Assembly (NCBI RefSeq): GCF_009914755.1
Contig: NC_060935.1
DNA from: the human T2T-CHM13v2.0 reference genome, Homo sapiens
DNA: 64,000 nt
Reading direction: 5' to 3' (one strand)
In this document: positions 31,742 through 47,765 of the stretch, one piece after another
Position numbering within the stretch: the stretch's first letter is position 1
How the letters are laid out: the number at the start of each line of letters is the position of its first letter
Program-made: the position numbers and the translations under genes
The notes under the pieces: model-generated
The model's input: the letters and a program-made list of their open reading frames with translations, nothing else
What the model was told of the DNA's origin: nothing
The model's database searches: none

Positions 31742-32472
31742 AAATAGTATGATTCAGTTTGGCCACTGTCTCCTTATGTGTGTTTCCTCTAACAGTGAGC
31801 AGTTATCACAAGAGGAGGCCCTTTGACTTAATTTGCCCTAGATTTTAGCAAAATATTTGGCCCATAGTTCATGCTCAGTGAAAAGATAAAAACTACTCCA
31901 GAGAACCTTCCTAGATTGACATTATACCTTGTTACTTATTCTTGTGTACACTGGACAGTTTGCCCAGGATTCTCCTCCTTTCGTTGTTATCATCCCTATG
32001 GCTAATTGCTAAGTGCCTTGTCTCTGCCTCTCTGCCTGAGTCTATGTATGGGTGTGGGTGTGTTAGAACTTGCTAAGGGAGGCATGTATGTATTCCTATC
32101 AGAGTAGGAACACCTGCCTGTGGATGAGGGTTATTTCTCCTTGTTAGACCAGTAGCTATATCTTTCCCATTTTATCAATATCTTCTGGAAGGTAGGAACA
32201 ATGTCAGATGCAGAATTGGATTCCCTGGGAGGCCATCATCAGTTTGGTAGCCATATTTCCCATTAGACAGGGGCTCCCTGAGCTTTGTAACCATATCTAC
32301 AACATAAGTAAACACCTGACAGATCTTCCACCATCTGACTTTGCTGTTGCTCCTTATCGAAGTACGGGTACCATTGAGCATGAGTTTCTGTGTCCTATCA
32401 TGTTGGGAGCCACCAGTCCCCCGAGGGCTGAGGGGCAAAGAAGATAAAGGTTTCAGGGTGGGGTTGAAGACT

Positions 32473-33419
32473 TTATGACTGAGCAGGGCCCCACTTCAGA
32501 AGCCGGAGGGCCCCATCCCAGATCTGTTTGGTCTTCATGCCATAGATGATGGGGTTGAGCATGGGTGGCACAACCAGGTAGAGGTCAGCTAGAAGGATGT
32601 GGATGTGCCGGGGCACGTGCTGGCCAAACCGCTGTGTGTAGAAGGAGAAGAGTCCTGGTGTGTAGAAGAGAAGTATGACACCCAGGTGGGAGCCACAAGT
32701 GCCAAAGGTCTTAGCCCTTGCCTCCTTGGAGGAAAGACCTAACACAGCTCGGAGGATGAGTGCATAGGAGACAGCAATACAGATGGAGTCAGTGCCCACC
32801 ACCAGTGTGGCAGCAGTGATGCCATAGATGTTGTTTGGCTGTGTTCCTCCACAAGCCAGCTTTACCACAGCCATGTGTTCACAGTAGGAGTGGGCCACCA
32901 CTCGACTGCAGTAGCTCAGTCTTGCCAGTAAGCAGGTGAGTGGGGTCATGAGTCCCAAACCACGAAGCACGGCTGCAGCCCCCAGCTTGCCTACAGACTC
33001 TGGGGAGAGCAATGACCCATAGTGCAGAGGCCAGCAAATGGCTAAGTAGCGGTCAAAGGCCATTGCTAGCAGTATACCAGATTCTACAGCTGAGAAGCCA
33101 TGGATAAAGAACATCTGGGCAGCACAGGCCCCAAAGTTGATCTCAGCATCCTTTGCCCAAAAAAGTGCAAGGAGCTTGGGCACAGTGGAGGTGCAGAGGA
33201 CCAGGTCAATGGTGGATAGCATGCAGAGGAACAGGTACATGGGCTGGTGCAATACAGGCTCTGAATGTACCACTAGCAGCACCACCATGTTTCCCAGCAC
33301 TGCCAGGGCATACATGGAGCAGAAGGGAAAAGCAATCCAAAAGTGGGATGCCTCCGGGCCTGGAATTCCCATGAGCAGAAAGGAGGTTGGGTTCTGATGG
33401 TATGGTTTATGAGTTTCAT
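32473..33419 (-). pseudogene. OR52P2P: Olfactory receptor family 52 pseudogene (probably OR52P2P); N-terminal frameshift, 7TM body intact
   Basis: Motifs LHQPMYLFL, MAFDRYLAIC, HSYCEHMAVVKLAC, KTFGTCGSH and PPMLNPIIYG lie in one open frame. The ORF-track start at 33492 is a TTG. The natural gccATG at 33419 (MKLINHT) is out of frame by 1 nt, and the first in-frame ATG is at 33372 (299 aa). The symbol comes from recalled gene order. Confidence 0.85.
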
Positions 33420-36400
33420 GGCCAAGTAAGGTGGTTAGAGAAGACCTCACTGCCTTGCTCTGAGTCCTAGGAATCCCTGAGAGATGAAGCAACTGGGATT
33501 CATCATTATGCTATGGCTGAACAGCAGCAGGAAGTATTTGCATTAGGCTTCATGAAAAGCATCCAGGATGGGAAGATGGTAGGGCACTGGGAGATAATGC
33601 AAGGCAGGAGGTGGGTTACTGTCTTCAAGGTTCAAAGGAGCCCTTCACACTTGTATCTGTTTCAATGATGTCCAGGCTGTGGGTGGTGGGCAAGTGGCAT
33701 GGCTGTAGAAACTTCTCTATGGTGACAGGCTGTGGGCTAGAGAATTTTACAGTTTTCTTCTACCTGTGAGCCATCTTTTGCTTATAGTCTAATATTTTTT
33801 TTCTTTGGATTCATCTGCCTGTGTGAAAATATAAAAGTAATATTAATAATAAAAAGTCAGGCAGATTCAATGGAAGACTCAAATGTGGTTACTTTTCGAG
33901 ATGGAAAGATCAGGTCTGAAGGGAATTGATAGGAAGGAGGAGAGATCTTGGATGGATTTTTCAAGCCATTGAGCCTATAATAACCCATAGATGAGGCTCA
34001 GAACCTAGGTTCTGACCAGGAACAGCAAAACAGAGGTGATAGGCTGAGTCTCTGGTAGTCTCATACAGGCATAAGATTGCCTGGCTTATGTTTAGTACAA
34101 GGATCCTGCACTTGCCTCAAGTGTCCTATATGGATGCTGGTAGAAACAGCTGTGATCATGCACAATTGATCAGTGGTAGGGATCAGGCTAATTTGGCTAT
34201 AAAAAGAATCTGTTAAGGTCATTGAGAAATGATTGAATACAAGGCATTTTCTCTCATAAAAATCAAAAGTACATAAAAGAAAGAGGTAAGAAGTAAATTT
34301 TAGTAACTGGGAACATGGAATCATTCCCTGAAAGCAAAAATGGAGACCCAAGTTTGACCAAATGACAGTACTGTGCTTCCATACATCTCCCCATATCTCC
34401 TGTCTATTACCCTCAAACACCCTCCTGATCTTCCCTCACCTACATTTTAAAATATATTTTTATCTCATTTTTTTCTTATCTAACCAGGTAGTAATTGGGA
34501 ATTTGAGAGAAAGGAAAGATTAAACAAAAAAAAGGCAAAGGGGACAGTAGAGGGAGAGGTGGTGAGATAAAAAAGATGAGAACAAGAACCAGAAATAGAC
34601 ATAGGAGAGAGTAGAAAGAAAAGTACCTCTATCGAAAGAAAAGAGCTTCTAATATAATTGTATGTGACTGTGCTCCAACTGCTAATTGAAACAGAGATAG
34701 TGGACCCAATTGTTCCCTATAGTGTTGCTCATCTGTATTCCTAATCTTAAAATGCACTGCTCCTTGCAATCCTTAGTATCAGCTACCCATACCCAGAGAT
34801 CATAGGAAACTGCTTTGGGGAAAGATGTAGGAGCAGGAAGGAGGAGGGTAAGGTCTTCTAATGTGATCTGCAGGAAAGAACTGTGGTCCAGGATGCCTCC
34901 TTTCCATCCCAGTGTCAACCGTGGCTGTCACTCTCATATTGAGCAAATCATCTTGTTCCTTTCTGTCTTATCATGCCTTCATGTATTTCCTGTTTTTCTC
35001 TTCTATGATATCTCCCTGAATTTCCACCATCCAGCCGGGGCCCAAGCAAGCCTAGAAGAGATTTTAGCCTTCATGGTAGCTGAAAGGTCTGGGATAGAGA
35101 AATCAGAGTGTGAAGAACCTTGTGAAATGATGCATGTAAAACTGTTCCATTTGATGAGAATGCAGTGTTTGGCTGGGCATGTGATTGTGTGTATCTATAT
35201 ACGTTATTGTGCAAGATGCATGAGCAAGCCTGTACTCAGAAGACACAGGGACATACATTTATGTAAGACATTGTTTTTGGAGTGTCCCTGCTTCAGTACC
35301 CTTTGTGGAGAAAATTGAGAGCTGAATAATCCAGTCATGAATGAGACAGCCCTACTTTCTTTCCCTCCCTTCTTTTCTTCTTCCATCTCAGTCTTTTAAT
35401 AATTGAATCAGATTTTCTCAGGCCTTAAACTGCTACTCAAAAAACTTTTGCTCCACCCTTGATCTGGAACTACACAGCATAATGATCACAATTTCCCCTT
35501 GTCTCACCCACTTTGCACAGATGGGGAAAATGAAGTTGGAAGAGCATATGTTGAGTATAATATTCCTGAATTTTAGGAAAGAGGTCAAGGTTGAGGTGAG
35601 AGCCTTGGAGGTCTTCACTTTTTGACTTTCCTACTAATATTTGAGGTTAGACCTCATGAAAAACACTCAGGATGAGATTTTAGGGCACTGGGAAAGTATG
35701 CAAGGCAGAAGATGGGTTATCATCACCATGTTCAAAGGAACCTTTGCCACTTTAGTCTGATTCAGTGATGTATAGGCTGGGAGTAGGTGGCATGGCTGCA
35801 GAGCCCTCTCCATGGTGAATGTCTAGAGACTCTTAAAGCTTTCTACTCTCTGCCATGAACCCTTTTATGCCTATACTCTAGTGTTATTTTCCTCTGACTC
35901 ATCTGCCTACTGAGATCAGGCAAGGAAGACTCCCAGCCTCCTCCAGATAGCTCTCCATAATAATAGCTCTCCTTCATGCCCCTCATTCCCCTGCTTTGTT
36001 CTTATTTATTTTAGCACTTGGTATAAGAAAGGCCTTACCTAAAATATATAAGAATAGGAGTTCAAATGCCAGGAACAAGGCTGTCTCACAAGGAAAGGAG
36101 CAAGTTCTTTATCCTGTAGGTGCTCATGAGCATCTGGAAGTGACCAACCTAGAATTTAGCACTCACTCATGGATGTCCAAGGGCAGCCAGATTCAAATCC
36201 CAGCTTTACAACTCACCAGCTGTGTGATCTCAGTCAAGCCACCTAAACTCTCTCAAACTGTTTCCCTATCCGTGTAACCTGGAGAGGTTGATTCCTACTT
36301 CATAGGCTACTATGGCGATTACTAGGGGAGACAGTTATCTGAAGAGCCAATTAAAGTACATGGCCACAAAACAGTGGTCAAAAGTGTGATTCATTTGTAA

Positions 36401-36897
36401 GTCCTTTTAATCTGAAGTAGAGGACAACCTCAGTGAAAAAATTACCTTAGTGGCAGTCCTATCTTTGTTCAACCATATAATAGGCACACTGAGAAGACCA
36501 AACAGACAGAGAGACAAACTTACCAGGTCTGAGGCAGGTTGTGATAGTGGAATCTGGTCCTACAGGGGTTAGAGTGTGGGAAGCAAAAGAGCTGGGGTAT
36601 TTGTCCTCTTATTAGCATCCTACATGAGGGTAGCAATTCTCTGGAGGATAAAGATGCTAAAAAGACCCCTGGGATGCTGGAAAGAGGCAGCAAATTGAAA
36701 GCTGGAAATACAGGCCCTGATGGGAGAGGGAAGGATAGGATAGCAGAGATCTATCCTGAGAGTTCCGTGTGGGTAGGTGGGGTAGTTGGAAAGGTCCTTG
36801 AGCATAAATAGTCTTAAAGGTTTTTTTGGCATAGAAACATATTTTAGAATGTTTTACCAATTTTGTTTTTTTCTCCTGGCCCCCTCCCTCCTTCTAA

Positions 36898-37070
36898 AAC
36901 CAGCTTGTCCAACCTGCAGACCAACACGAATTTGTAAGCTTTCTTAAAACATTATGAAATTTTTTTGTGACTTTTTTTTTAGTTCATCAGCTATCATTAG
37001 TGTTAGTGTATTTTATTTGTGGCCTAAGACAACTTCCAGTGTGGCCCAGCCAAAATATTGGACACTGCTG
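36898..37070. mobile_element. MER30-like hAT-Charlie MITE
   Basis: Ends cagcttgtccaacc / ttggacactgctg; internal tcatcagctatcattagtgttagtgtattttat. Confidence 0.75.
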
Positions 37071-38653
37071 ATAAAATATTTGCTTCTTGGTGTTTATTTA
37101 GGAAAAACAATTTTTTTTGAACACTAATTCTTCATATATAAAGTAGGGAAGCAGTGAAGATCAAATTAGATTATACATACAAAACATTTATCATTTTGCC
37201 TGGTATCTGCTAAGCCCTCAATAAAAAGTGTTTATCTTATTTTATCAAATGTAACGATCACTTACTGAGCATCTGTTATATGTGAAGGATTATGCTAGAT
37301 TTTAAGGCATAGGGTTGAAGGATCATGCCCCTGTTCTCAAGGAGGTCACAGTCTGGATTGGAGGATGGACAGACATTAAAATCAATTAAAATTCAATGGG
37401 ACATATGCAGACTTTAAAAAACAGACAGAGGCTCTTTTGGCAGGGGAGGGATTCACTATTAAGAATTAGTCAAGGATTTAGGGTTTAGAAAGATAAAGTG
37501 GGTCTGAAGGGAGGAATACACCAGGAAGGGGACACAGCACGTGTAAAACCTGGAAGGCAAGGGACATTGGGCATTTTCTGGGGACCACTGAAGCCTAATT
37601 CAAAGCCAATGTTTTCATGATTCTTTTCTGACACGCTGTGTGTGTCCTTTCTCTCTATTGCCCATGCAGCATCTCATCAAATGCCATTCATGGGATAGAG
37701 TTCACTCTAAATACTGTTGGCATGACCTTAGGTAAGTTAAGTAACAACTCTCAGCCTCTTGTTCCCCATTTTCAAAAATGGGGAAGACTGAAATGAGATA
37801 GCACATATACAATTTTTAGTAAAGTGCCTAGAACCTGGTAAATCATCAGTAGATTCCTACATGCTAGACTTTGTGAAGGCAGAGACCAGGATGAATCTCT
37901 CTCTCTGTTGGCATTTAAAAGAAGATTGTGATGATGTTAGGTACTGGGGGAAGGCTGTCAAAAGAACAGATTGGATTCTAATCAAATGTAGTCTGGGCAG
38001 ATATGAAACTTGATTTCGGACAATAAGTCAACAAACACACATTGACGGCTTATGTTTCTGCTATTGTCCTGGAGATATAAAGGTTTGGAAATATTCCTGC
38101 TTTTAAGAAGCTTTAAATGCAGATGGTGAAGGGAAGACCTAGTGGGGAATGACTTGGCCCAGATGATGAAGAGGAAGGTGCAGGCTTTATTCTCCAAACA
38201 TATAGGTTCCCTGGGAGCTCACAGAGAAATGACACTTCAAATATGAAAAGTTTTGGGGATCCCGAGTTTTGGTCATTCTCCCATTTGGTTCTTCAGGGAC
38301 TCGACTGATTCTAAAGTGGCAAAACAGATACATGAAATGATTTAAATTTTCTGCCAGCTCCACAATGATCAGAGCCAAGCCTCAGCTCTCCATTATTTTT
38401 ATGGGTCTCAGGGACAGTCATAGACGTTTAGCATTAACTTAGGATACTATGGGGGCACATTTTATTCAGCCAACAACAACTATTCTATACAATATTATTG
38501 AGCACCCACTATGTGTCAGTATTTCTCTACGTACTACTAGGAATGCCATATTGAACAAGGAAGACAAAGTTCTTGTTTCATGGAACGTCTATGCTAATAG
38601 GAGACATTTGCATTAAAAAATCAATACATGACAAATAGATATTGATAAGTTCC

Positions 38654-39752
38654 ATGAAATTAGAATGGCTATTATCAACATGATGAAAGATAAGTGTTGG
38701 AGAGAATATGAAGAAAAGAGAATCCTTGCCCATGGTTGGTAGGAATGTAAAGCAGTACAGCCTTTATGGGAAATAGTATAAAGCTTCCTCAAAAAGTTAA
38801 AAATAGAACTACCTGTATGATCCAGCAACTCCAGAACTGGGTGTCTGGATGTCTAAAACAATGTTAAAGAGATATCCACACTGATGTTCACTACAGCATT
38901 AAAGTGCTATGAAGTTAGAATGGCTATTATTAAAATGTTGTAAGATAACAAGCATTGGAGATGGTATAGAGAAATTGCACATGGTTGGCAGGAATGTAAA
39001 TTAGTATAGCCATCATGGCACATGGTATGAAGTTTCCTCAAAAAATTAAACATAGAACTACCAAAACTTAAAAATAGAACTATCATATGATCTAGCAATC
39101 CCAGTACTGGATATATATCTGAAGGAATATGTTGAAGAGATATCTATACTCCAATGTTCACTGCAGCAGTACTCGTAATAGCCAAGATATGGAATCAGTC
39201 TAAGTGTCCATCGATGGATGAATGGATAAAGAAAATGTGGTGCGCGCACACACACACACACACACACACAGTGGAATACTATTCTGCATTAAAAAAGGAG
39301 GAAATTCTGTCATTTGAGAACATATATAAATCTGGAGTTCATTATGTGAAGTGAAATAAGTCAGGCAGAAAAAGCCAAATATTGCATGATCTTACTTAGA
39401 TGTGGAATCTAAAAAAGTTGAACACAGAAGTAGAGAAAGTAGAATGGTAGTTCCCAGGGTGTGGGGGTGTCAGGATTGAGGAAATGTTGGTTGGAGGAGA
39501 CAAAATTTCAGTTAAAAGAAATAAATTTAAGAGACCTATTGTATAAGATGGGAACTACAGTTAATAACAATGTATTATATTCTTGAAACTTATGAAGAGA
39601 GTAGATTTTAACTGTTCTCACCACAAAGATGGAAAAGTATGTGAGGTAATATGTTAATTTGCTTGATTTAGCTGTTCCACAATGTATACACATTTAAAAA
39701 CTCCATGTTGTACATGATAATTATATACAATTTGTTAATGAAAAATAAATTT
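38654..39752 (+). mobile_element. L1MA-type 3' portion with a duplicated 5' segment and a (CA)n tract at about 39246-39270
   Basis: ttagaatggctattat occurs twice; gccaagatatggaatcagtctaagtgtccatc; typical L1MA 3'UTR. Confidence 0.8.
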
Positions 39753-39779
39753 TTAAAGTGCCGTGGGTAAAAACAGGAT

Positions 39780-42880
<3,101 letters not shown>

Positions 42881-42887
42881 TTGAGTA

Positions 42888-43100
42888 AAATGAGGATGCA
42901 AAGCCATAAAAGCATGATACAATGGACTTTGGGGACTTGGGAAGAGTGGGAGGGGGCAGGCGATAAAAGACAACAAATATGGTGCAATGTATACTGCTCG
43001 GGTGATGGGTGCACCCGGTTCTCACAAATCTCCACTAAAGAACTTACTAATGTAACCAAATACCACCTGTACCCCAATAACTTGTGGAAAAAACAAAAAG
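42888..43100 (+). mobile_element. L1PB-type 3' end
   Basis: gatacaatggactttggggacttggg...tgtatactgctcgggtgatgggtgcacc...aaataccacctgtacccc. Confidence 0.8.
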
Positions 43101-43109
43101 AATTCATTA

Positions 43110-43795
43110 TTTGTGTTTTCAAACAAATGGTGCTGGGAAAACTGGATAGCCACATGCAAAAGACTGAAGTTGGACCTTTACCATATAAAAAAATTAAATC
43201 AAATGGATCAAAGATGGAATATAAGATCTAAAATCATAAAACCCATACAAGAAAACATAAGTGAAAAGCATCAGGACTTTGGATTTAGCAATGTTTTCTT
43301 GGTTATGACACCAAAAGTATAGGCCTCAAAAGAAAAATAAATTGGACTTCATCAAAACTAAAACTTCTGTTCATGGAAGGACTATCAAGAAAGTAGAAAG
43401 GCAACCTACAGAATAGGAGAGCGTTTGCAAAGCATACGTCTAATAAGGTATTACTATCCAGAATATATCAAGAACTCCTACAATACCCCCCTCCCAAATA
43501 ATCCAATTCAAAAATGGGCAAAGGACTTGAATAAACATTTTTCTGAAGCTATACCAGTGGTCAATAAGAAAAGAGGCCTAACATCAGTAATCATTAGGGA
43601 AATACAAATGGAAACACATTGAGATACTATTTTCACAGCCAGTAGGATGGCTATGATCAAAATCCAGAAAATAGTGTTAATGAGGAAGTAGTAAGGTTGG
43701 AACCATGTATACTGGTGGTAGGAATGCAAAATAGTGTAGCCACTGTGGAAAATGGCATATGGTGGTTTCTCAAAATAATTAAATATATAATTACT
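43110..43795 (+). mobile_element. Old L1M ORF2 fragment
   Basis: ORF 43113-43322 [20 protein letters not shown]; KWAKDLN further on. Confidence 0.8.
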
Positions 43796-44602
43796 TCAAT
43801 CTTTCCCTAACACAGCCTGGTATCTTCCACAATGACGTTCCTAATATAAGCTTGTGAACTTCAAGTCTGGATCACCATCTCTATGTAGCCTGTGTCTGCT
43901 AAACTTAATTCAGATTTTCACAGTGCAAGCCCTGTGTAGAAGTCCACCTCAACCCAATATGTTCTGGAGACTCCAGGTGTGAGAGGCAAGTGCTTGTCTC
44001 TGAGGGACAAGAGTTAGGATAACTGATGGAAGATTTGTGTGTCTCTGTGGGAAGAAAGGGAATGTGACCAGAATACAGTCTCAATAAGAGCTACTGGGCT
44101 CCCATGTAGAGTTATTTCAGGTTAAAAGACTTAGAGGCTACTGTAAAAACCAACTTCGTTTCTCAGGACCATGGCAGAAGAATAGCAAGCTCCAAGACCA
44201 GTGATAAGAGGACTTATTGATATGTTGGTATTATTAATGGTTAATAATTGAGCAACAATAACATTGAGAGTGATTCCTCAATGATCTCATTGGATCACCC
44301 CACCCAGTGAGGTGGGAAGGACTGGGATTTTTGTCCCCACAACAAGAAACCATTCAAAGAACGGAGAGGTTAAGTGCCTTGTCAAGGTCACAAGCTGAGA
44401 CAAACCTAGATCTGTCACCTATTACCTTAACTCACAGCTCTGTCTGCAAACAAAAACATCCAAACTCCAAATAAAACAAAGAATAGATAACCTTGACCAA
44501 GTTATGCCTGAACTCCACTTTTCTGAGTCACAACTGGAAAGCATACCCATAAGACAGCTGCTTGTGCATTCTTAGGAGGCTCTATTTTGCAGTTTGCACT
44601 GC

Positions 44603-44749
44603 AGGGAAGGAAGGGGAGGGGAGGGTGGAGAAGGAAGGGGAGGGTGGAGAGGGAAGGGGAGGGTGGAGAGGGAAGGGGAGGGTGGAGAGGGAAGGGGAGG
44701 GTGGAGAAGGAAGGGGAGGGTGGAGAAGGAAGGGGAGGGTGGAGAAGGG
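44603..44749 (+). repeat. Purine-rich minisatellite, 19-bp unit GGAAGGGGAGGGTGGAGA(A/G), about 7 copies
   Basis: Units read directly from the sequence. Confidence 0.92.
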
Positions 44750-45928
44750 TGCACTGATTACTGAAATCACACTCCTTCCTGCCTCGAGGGAGAGGCATGA
44801 TCGAATACCACAGAATGGTGAGGGAGTAGGGCCTGTAGGAAGCCAGAGGCAGGAATCCCAGAAGACCGGAGCCTGAAGCAGAGAAGGCTCCTAGAGTTGG
44901 CCACAGAGAAGAGACTAGGCTCATCATGGGGCCCTTTCAGGGTATTCCTCAGAGACAGGGCCTGTTTCCTTTTTCTTTTGGGAAAAGAGTAGCTGATTAT
45001 GAGGATATAGCCAGACCCTCCCTTTCCAACTCTCTTTCCCAACCCTTCTCTAAGAGAGGAAAACTGCACCAGTTTTCCCTAAAGCGCATGCCAAATGAAT
45101 TGAGCTTCCTGCTGAGGGGTGAGCACAACTTGGGGCAATGGTGGAAGGGGAAGACCAGGCAGATGGAGGGCACAGTGAGACAGCTAACACAGCTGGGACC
45201 AGGGACAAGACGACTAGGGAGGGGTGCCTATGCTGGAATCAACTGGCTCCTGGGGCTGGAGCAAGTCAAGGGCATATGAGCTGGGGGAGCAGTGAAAACA
45301 GGAACAACCAGGATAATGGCAGAAATCAGACTGAAAATAATAATCACTAGAGGGAAAATCCAAAGGCAGAGCAGAGACCTGATGGGAGAAGAATGTTTAA
45401 TATTTGAGGGGAATAGGCTAGGTCAGGAAGCTGAGCCATGGAGTGCACAGAGCAGAATCCAGCTCTTGCAGATCACTTATGCTCAGACAACCTAACCTAT
45501 CTTCATCTCAGGCATTACCTTATCTCCCGATTCTCTTCTCTCATTCTCATCCCTGTATATGTCTAACAGGAGAGCTCTCAATCCTCCTCAAAATACTTGC
45601 TTCTGCAAGCTCCAGATCCTCCATGTCATCATTATCAGAGGAACAACTTTCCTGCCTCTCAGGCATGCACTCCTTTTTGTGTTGTGCATTAGGGACCTCC
45701 TCCAGAAAACCTTAGCATTCAGCTAAGGCCCAGACCATGTTAGCCACTTCCCTCCTACTGCACATTCTGGCCCAACCTAAGTCGTAGCTGCTATAATAGT
45801 CCAGGATAAAAAGGAGGAGGCTGAAATAAGGAGGTAGAAAGGACAGGTCAGGTACACTTACTTATTAAAGTTTTCAGCAATAACTAGTTATATCTTTGCA
45901 GCATGGTCTTATAGTAGTCCTATAGACC

Positions 45929-46148
45929 ATGGGTCCCCAACCCCTGTGCCACAGGGTCCTGTGGCATGGCCTGTTAGGAACTGGGATGCACAGCAGGAGG
46001 TGAGCGGTAGGTGAGAGAGCATTACTGCCTGAGCTCTGCCTTCTTTCAGATCAGCCAGGGCATTAGATTCTCACAGGAGCAAAAACCCTGCTGTGAACTA
46101 CACATGCAAGGGATCTAGGTTGTACACTCCTTATGAGAATCTAATGCA
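45929..46148. mobile_element. MER1-like (hAT-Charlie) fragment
   Basis: gggtccccaacccc..tggcctgttaggaactggg..cacagcaggaggtgagc..gcattagattctca. Confidence 0.8.
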
Positions 46149-47099
46149 TGGAGTAGGGGTGAGGAGATGTGAAATTTAGTACTAGATATGCTGCTTATTT
46201 CCTCCATGACCATTTGGGGACTCAGTTTCCCAAACCCATCATTCTAAGGTCCTCTCAGGATACACGTGTGGCCTGCCACATAGATAACGGCACTGATTGA
46301 ATACTCTGTAGGTATGGAGTCCCCATGCACTTTTAGGGGAGACAAAGTCTTCCTTTTGTTGTTTGCTGACATCTTGGCTGTGAAGGCAGGAAACAAACAA
46401 AAGACGACGACATGTAAGGACCGGACAAAGCACTCATACCAAACAGGTTCAAGGGTGTTGGGCAGAAGACCAGATAAGCAGAGTCAGATGGTGAATGGAA
46501 TTAGAGGTACATTTGAATGGACACTGGAAAGAGGGAAAGCTGATGGATTCTCAGGCATTTTAAAACAGAATAGGCAAGCTGTGGGATTGAGGACAAATAA
46601 ATGGGAGGGCCAGGTGTGGGCAGCAGGAGCACACTGGGAGTGAGGGAGATGAGGCCACTCAGGGAGAGGGGAGCCCTGTTTGGAACTGAAGCATATCCAC
46701 TTAGGATAAGGGTGACAACATGTTTAAGAGGACATTCTTTTGTGTATTCAAGAAATAGTTAGCAAGTGCCTATATGGGATATAGTTGTGGTGAAGACACA
46801 AAAGAGTCCTTTCATCATGGAGCTTCCACGCGTCCATCCCAAAGCTAAGTCCTGGAGAAAATGCACAGATATAAGTTAGACTTTGAGGCAGAGTTTCTAA
46901 CAAGAGGCTTTTAGTCTGACCTAGGTAACAAAAAGTGACGGGAAATTTCATAGAATTTTGCATCTGTGGAGGTGAGTCTCAGTTTGGATCAGAGGGTGGT
47001 ATATTATGCAGTGGGAAGGAAGGAGTAAGTTTCTCCAGGAAGGGAATCATTCATGCATTCATTTAAAATAGCACTTTTCTTTTCCTAGTGCTGTTCTTT

Positions 47100-47290
47100 A
47101 TGGAGGGCCTATCTGAAGGTGGAGGGTGGGAGGAGGGAGAGGAGCAGAAAAGTAACTATTGGGTATTAGGTTTAGTACCTGAGTGATGGAATAATCTGTA
47201 CAACAAACCCCCGTGGCACACATTTACCTATATCACAAACATACACATAGGACTTGAACCTAAAAGTTTAAAAAGGTTAAAAATAAAAAG
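47100..47290 (+). mobile_element. Old L1PA (L1PA15/16-like) 3' end
   Basis: ggtggagggtgggaggagggagaggagcagaaaa..aataatctgtacaacaaacccc. Confidence 0.75.
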
Positions 47291-47765
47291 GCACTTATTG
47301 AGTATCAACCATGTTCAGTAAAGTCTGAATATAGAAGTGAATAAAGTCACAGGCTTTGTACTCAAAGAATTCATGGCCCGATGAATTATGAGATACATGC
47401 AGAGGTAACACAGGTGGTACCCTCATTGTGCTATTTGATTCAATGCGTTAGTGAATCTTCATTGAAATGACTGAGAACATCTTCCTGAAAGAGTCTGAAA
47501 AGACTTCACCAAGAAGGTGGCAGGATCTCGATTAGGTATGAAAGGGAACAGAGGAAAGAATTCCAGATAAACAGTATGAGCTACAAACATTACCCTTTTA
47601 GGAAATGGCAAATAACCCAGTGTGGTTGAACCTAGGATGAATATTTAGGGGACTAAAAGGAGTAAGGCCAACAATTTAGGCAGGAATAGGTTTTCACAAA
47701 AGTTTAGTGATTTTTATTTTTCTTGTAGCAATGAGATCCTATAAGTGGTTTTCAGCACGGAAGTG

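Noticed and set aside
33420-33492. 339-aa OR ORF starting at 33492 as an intact gene
   Set aside because: The start is TTG, lies within the splice-acceptor tract and has an in-frame stop shortly upstream; the natural ATG is out of frame.
34815-35318. 167-aa ORF
   Set aside because: Non-ATG start, no recognisable domain and composition typical of a chance ORF.
44603-44749. CRISPR-like array
   Set aside because: Head-to-tail units without unique spacers, in mammalian DNA with no cas genes.
44502-44927. Pro-rich and Gly/Glu-rich ORFs on both strands
   Set aside because: They arise from the stop-free 19-bp minisatellite.
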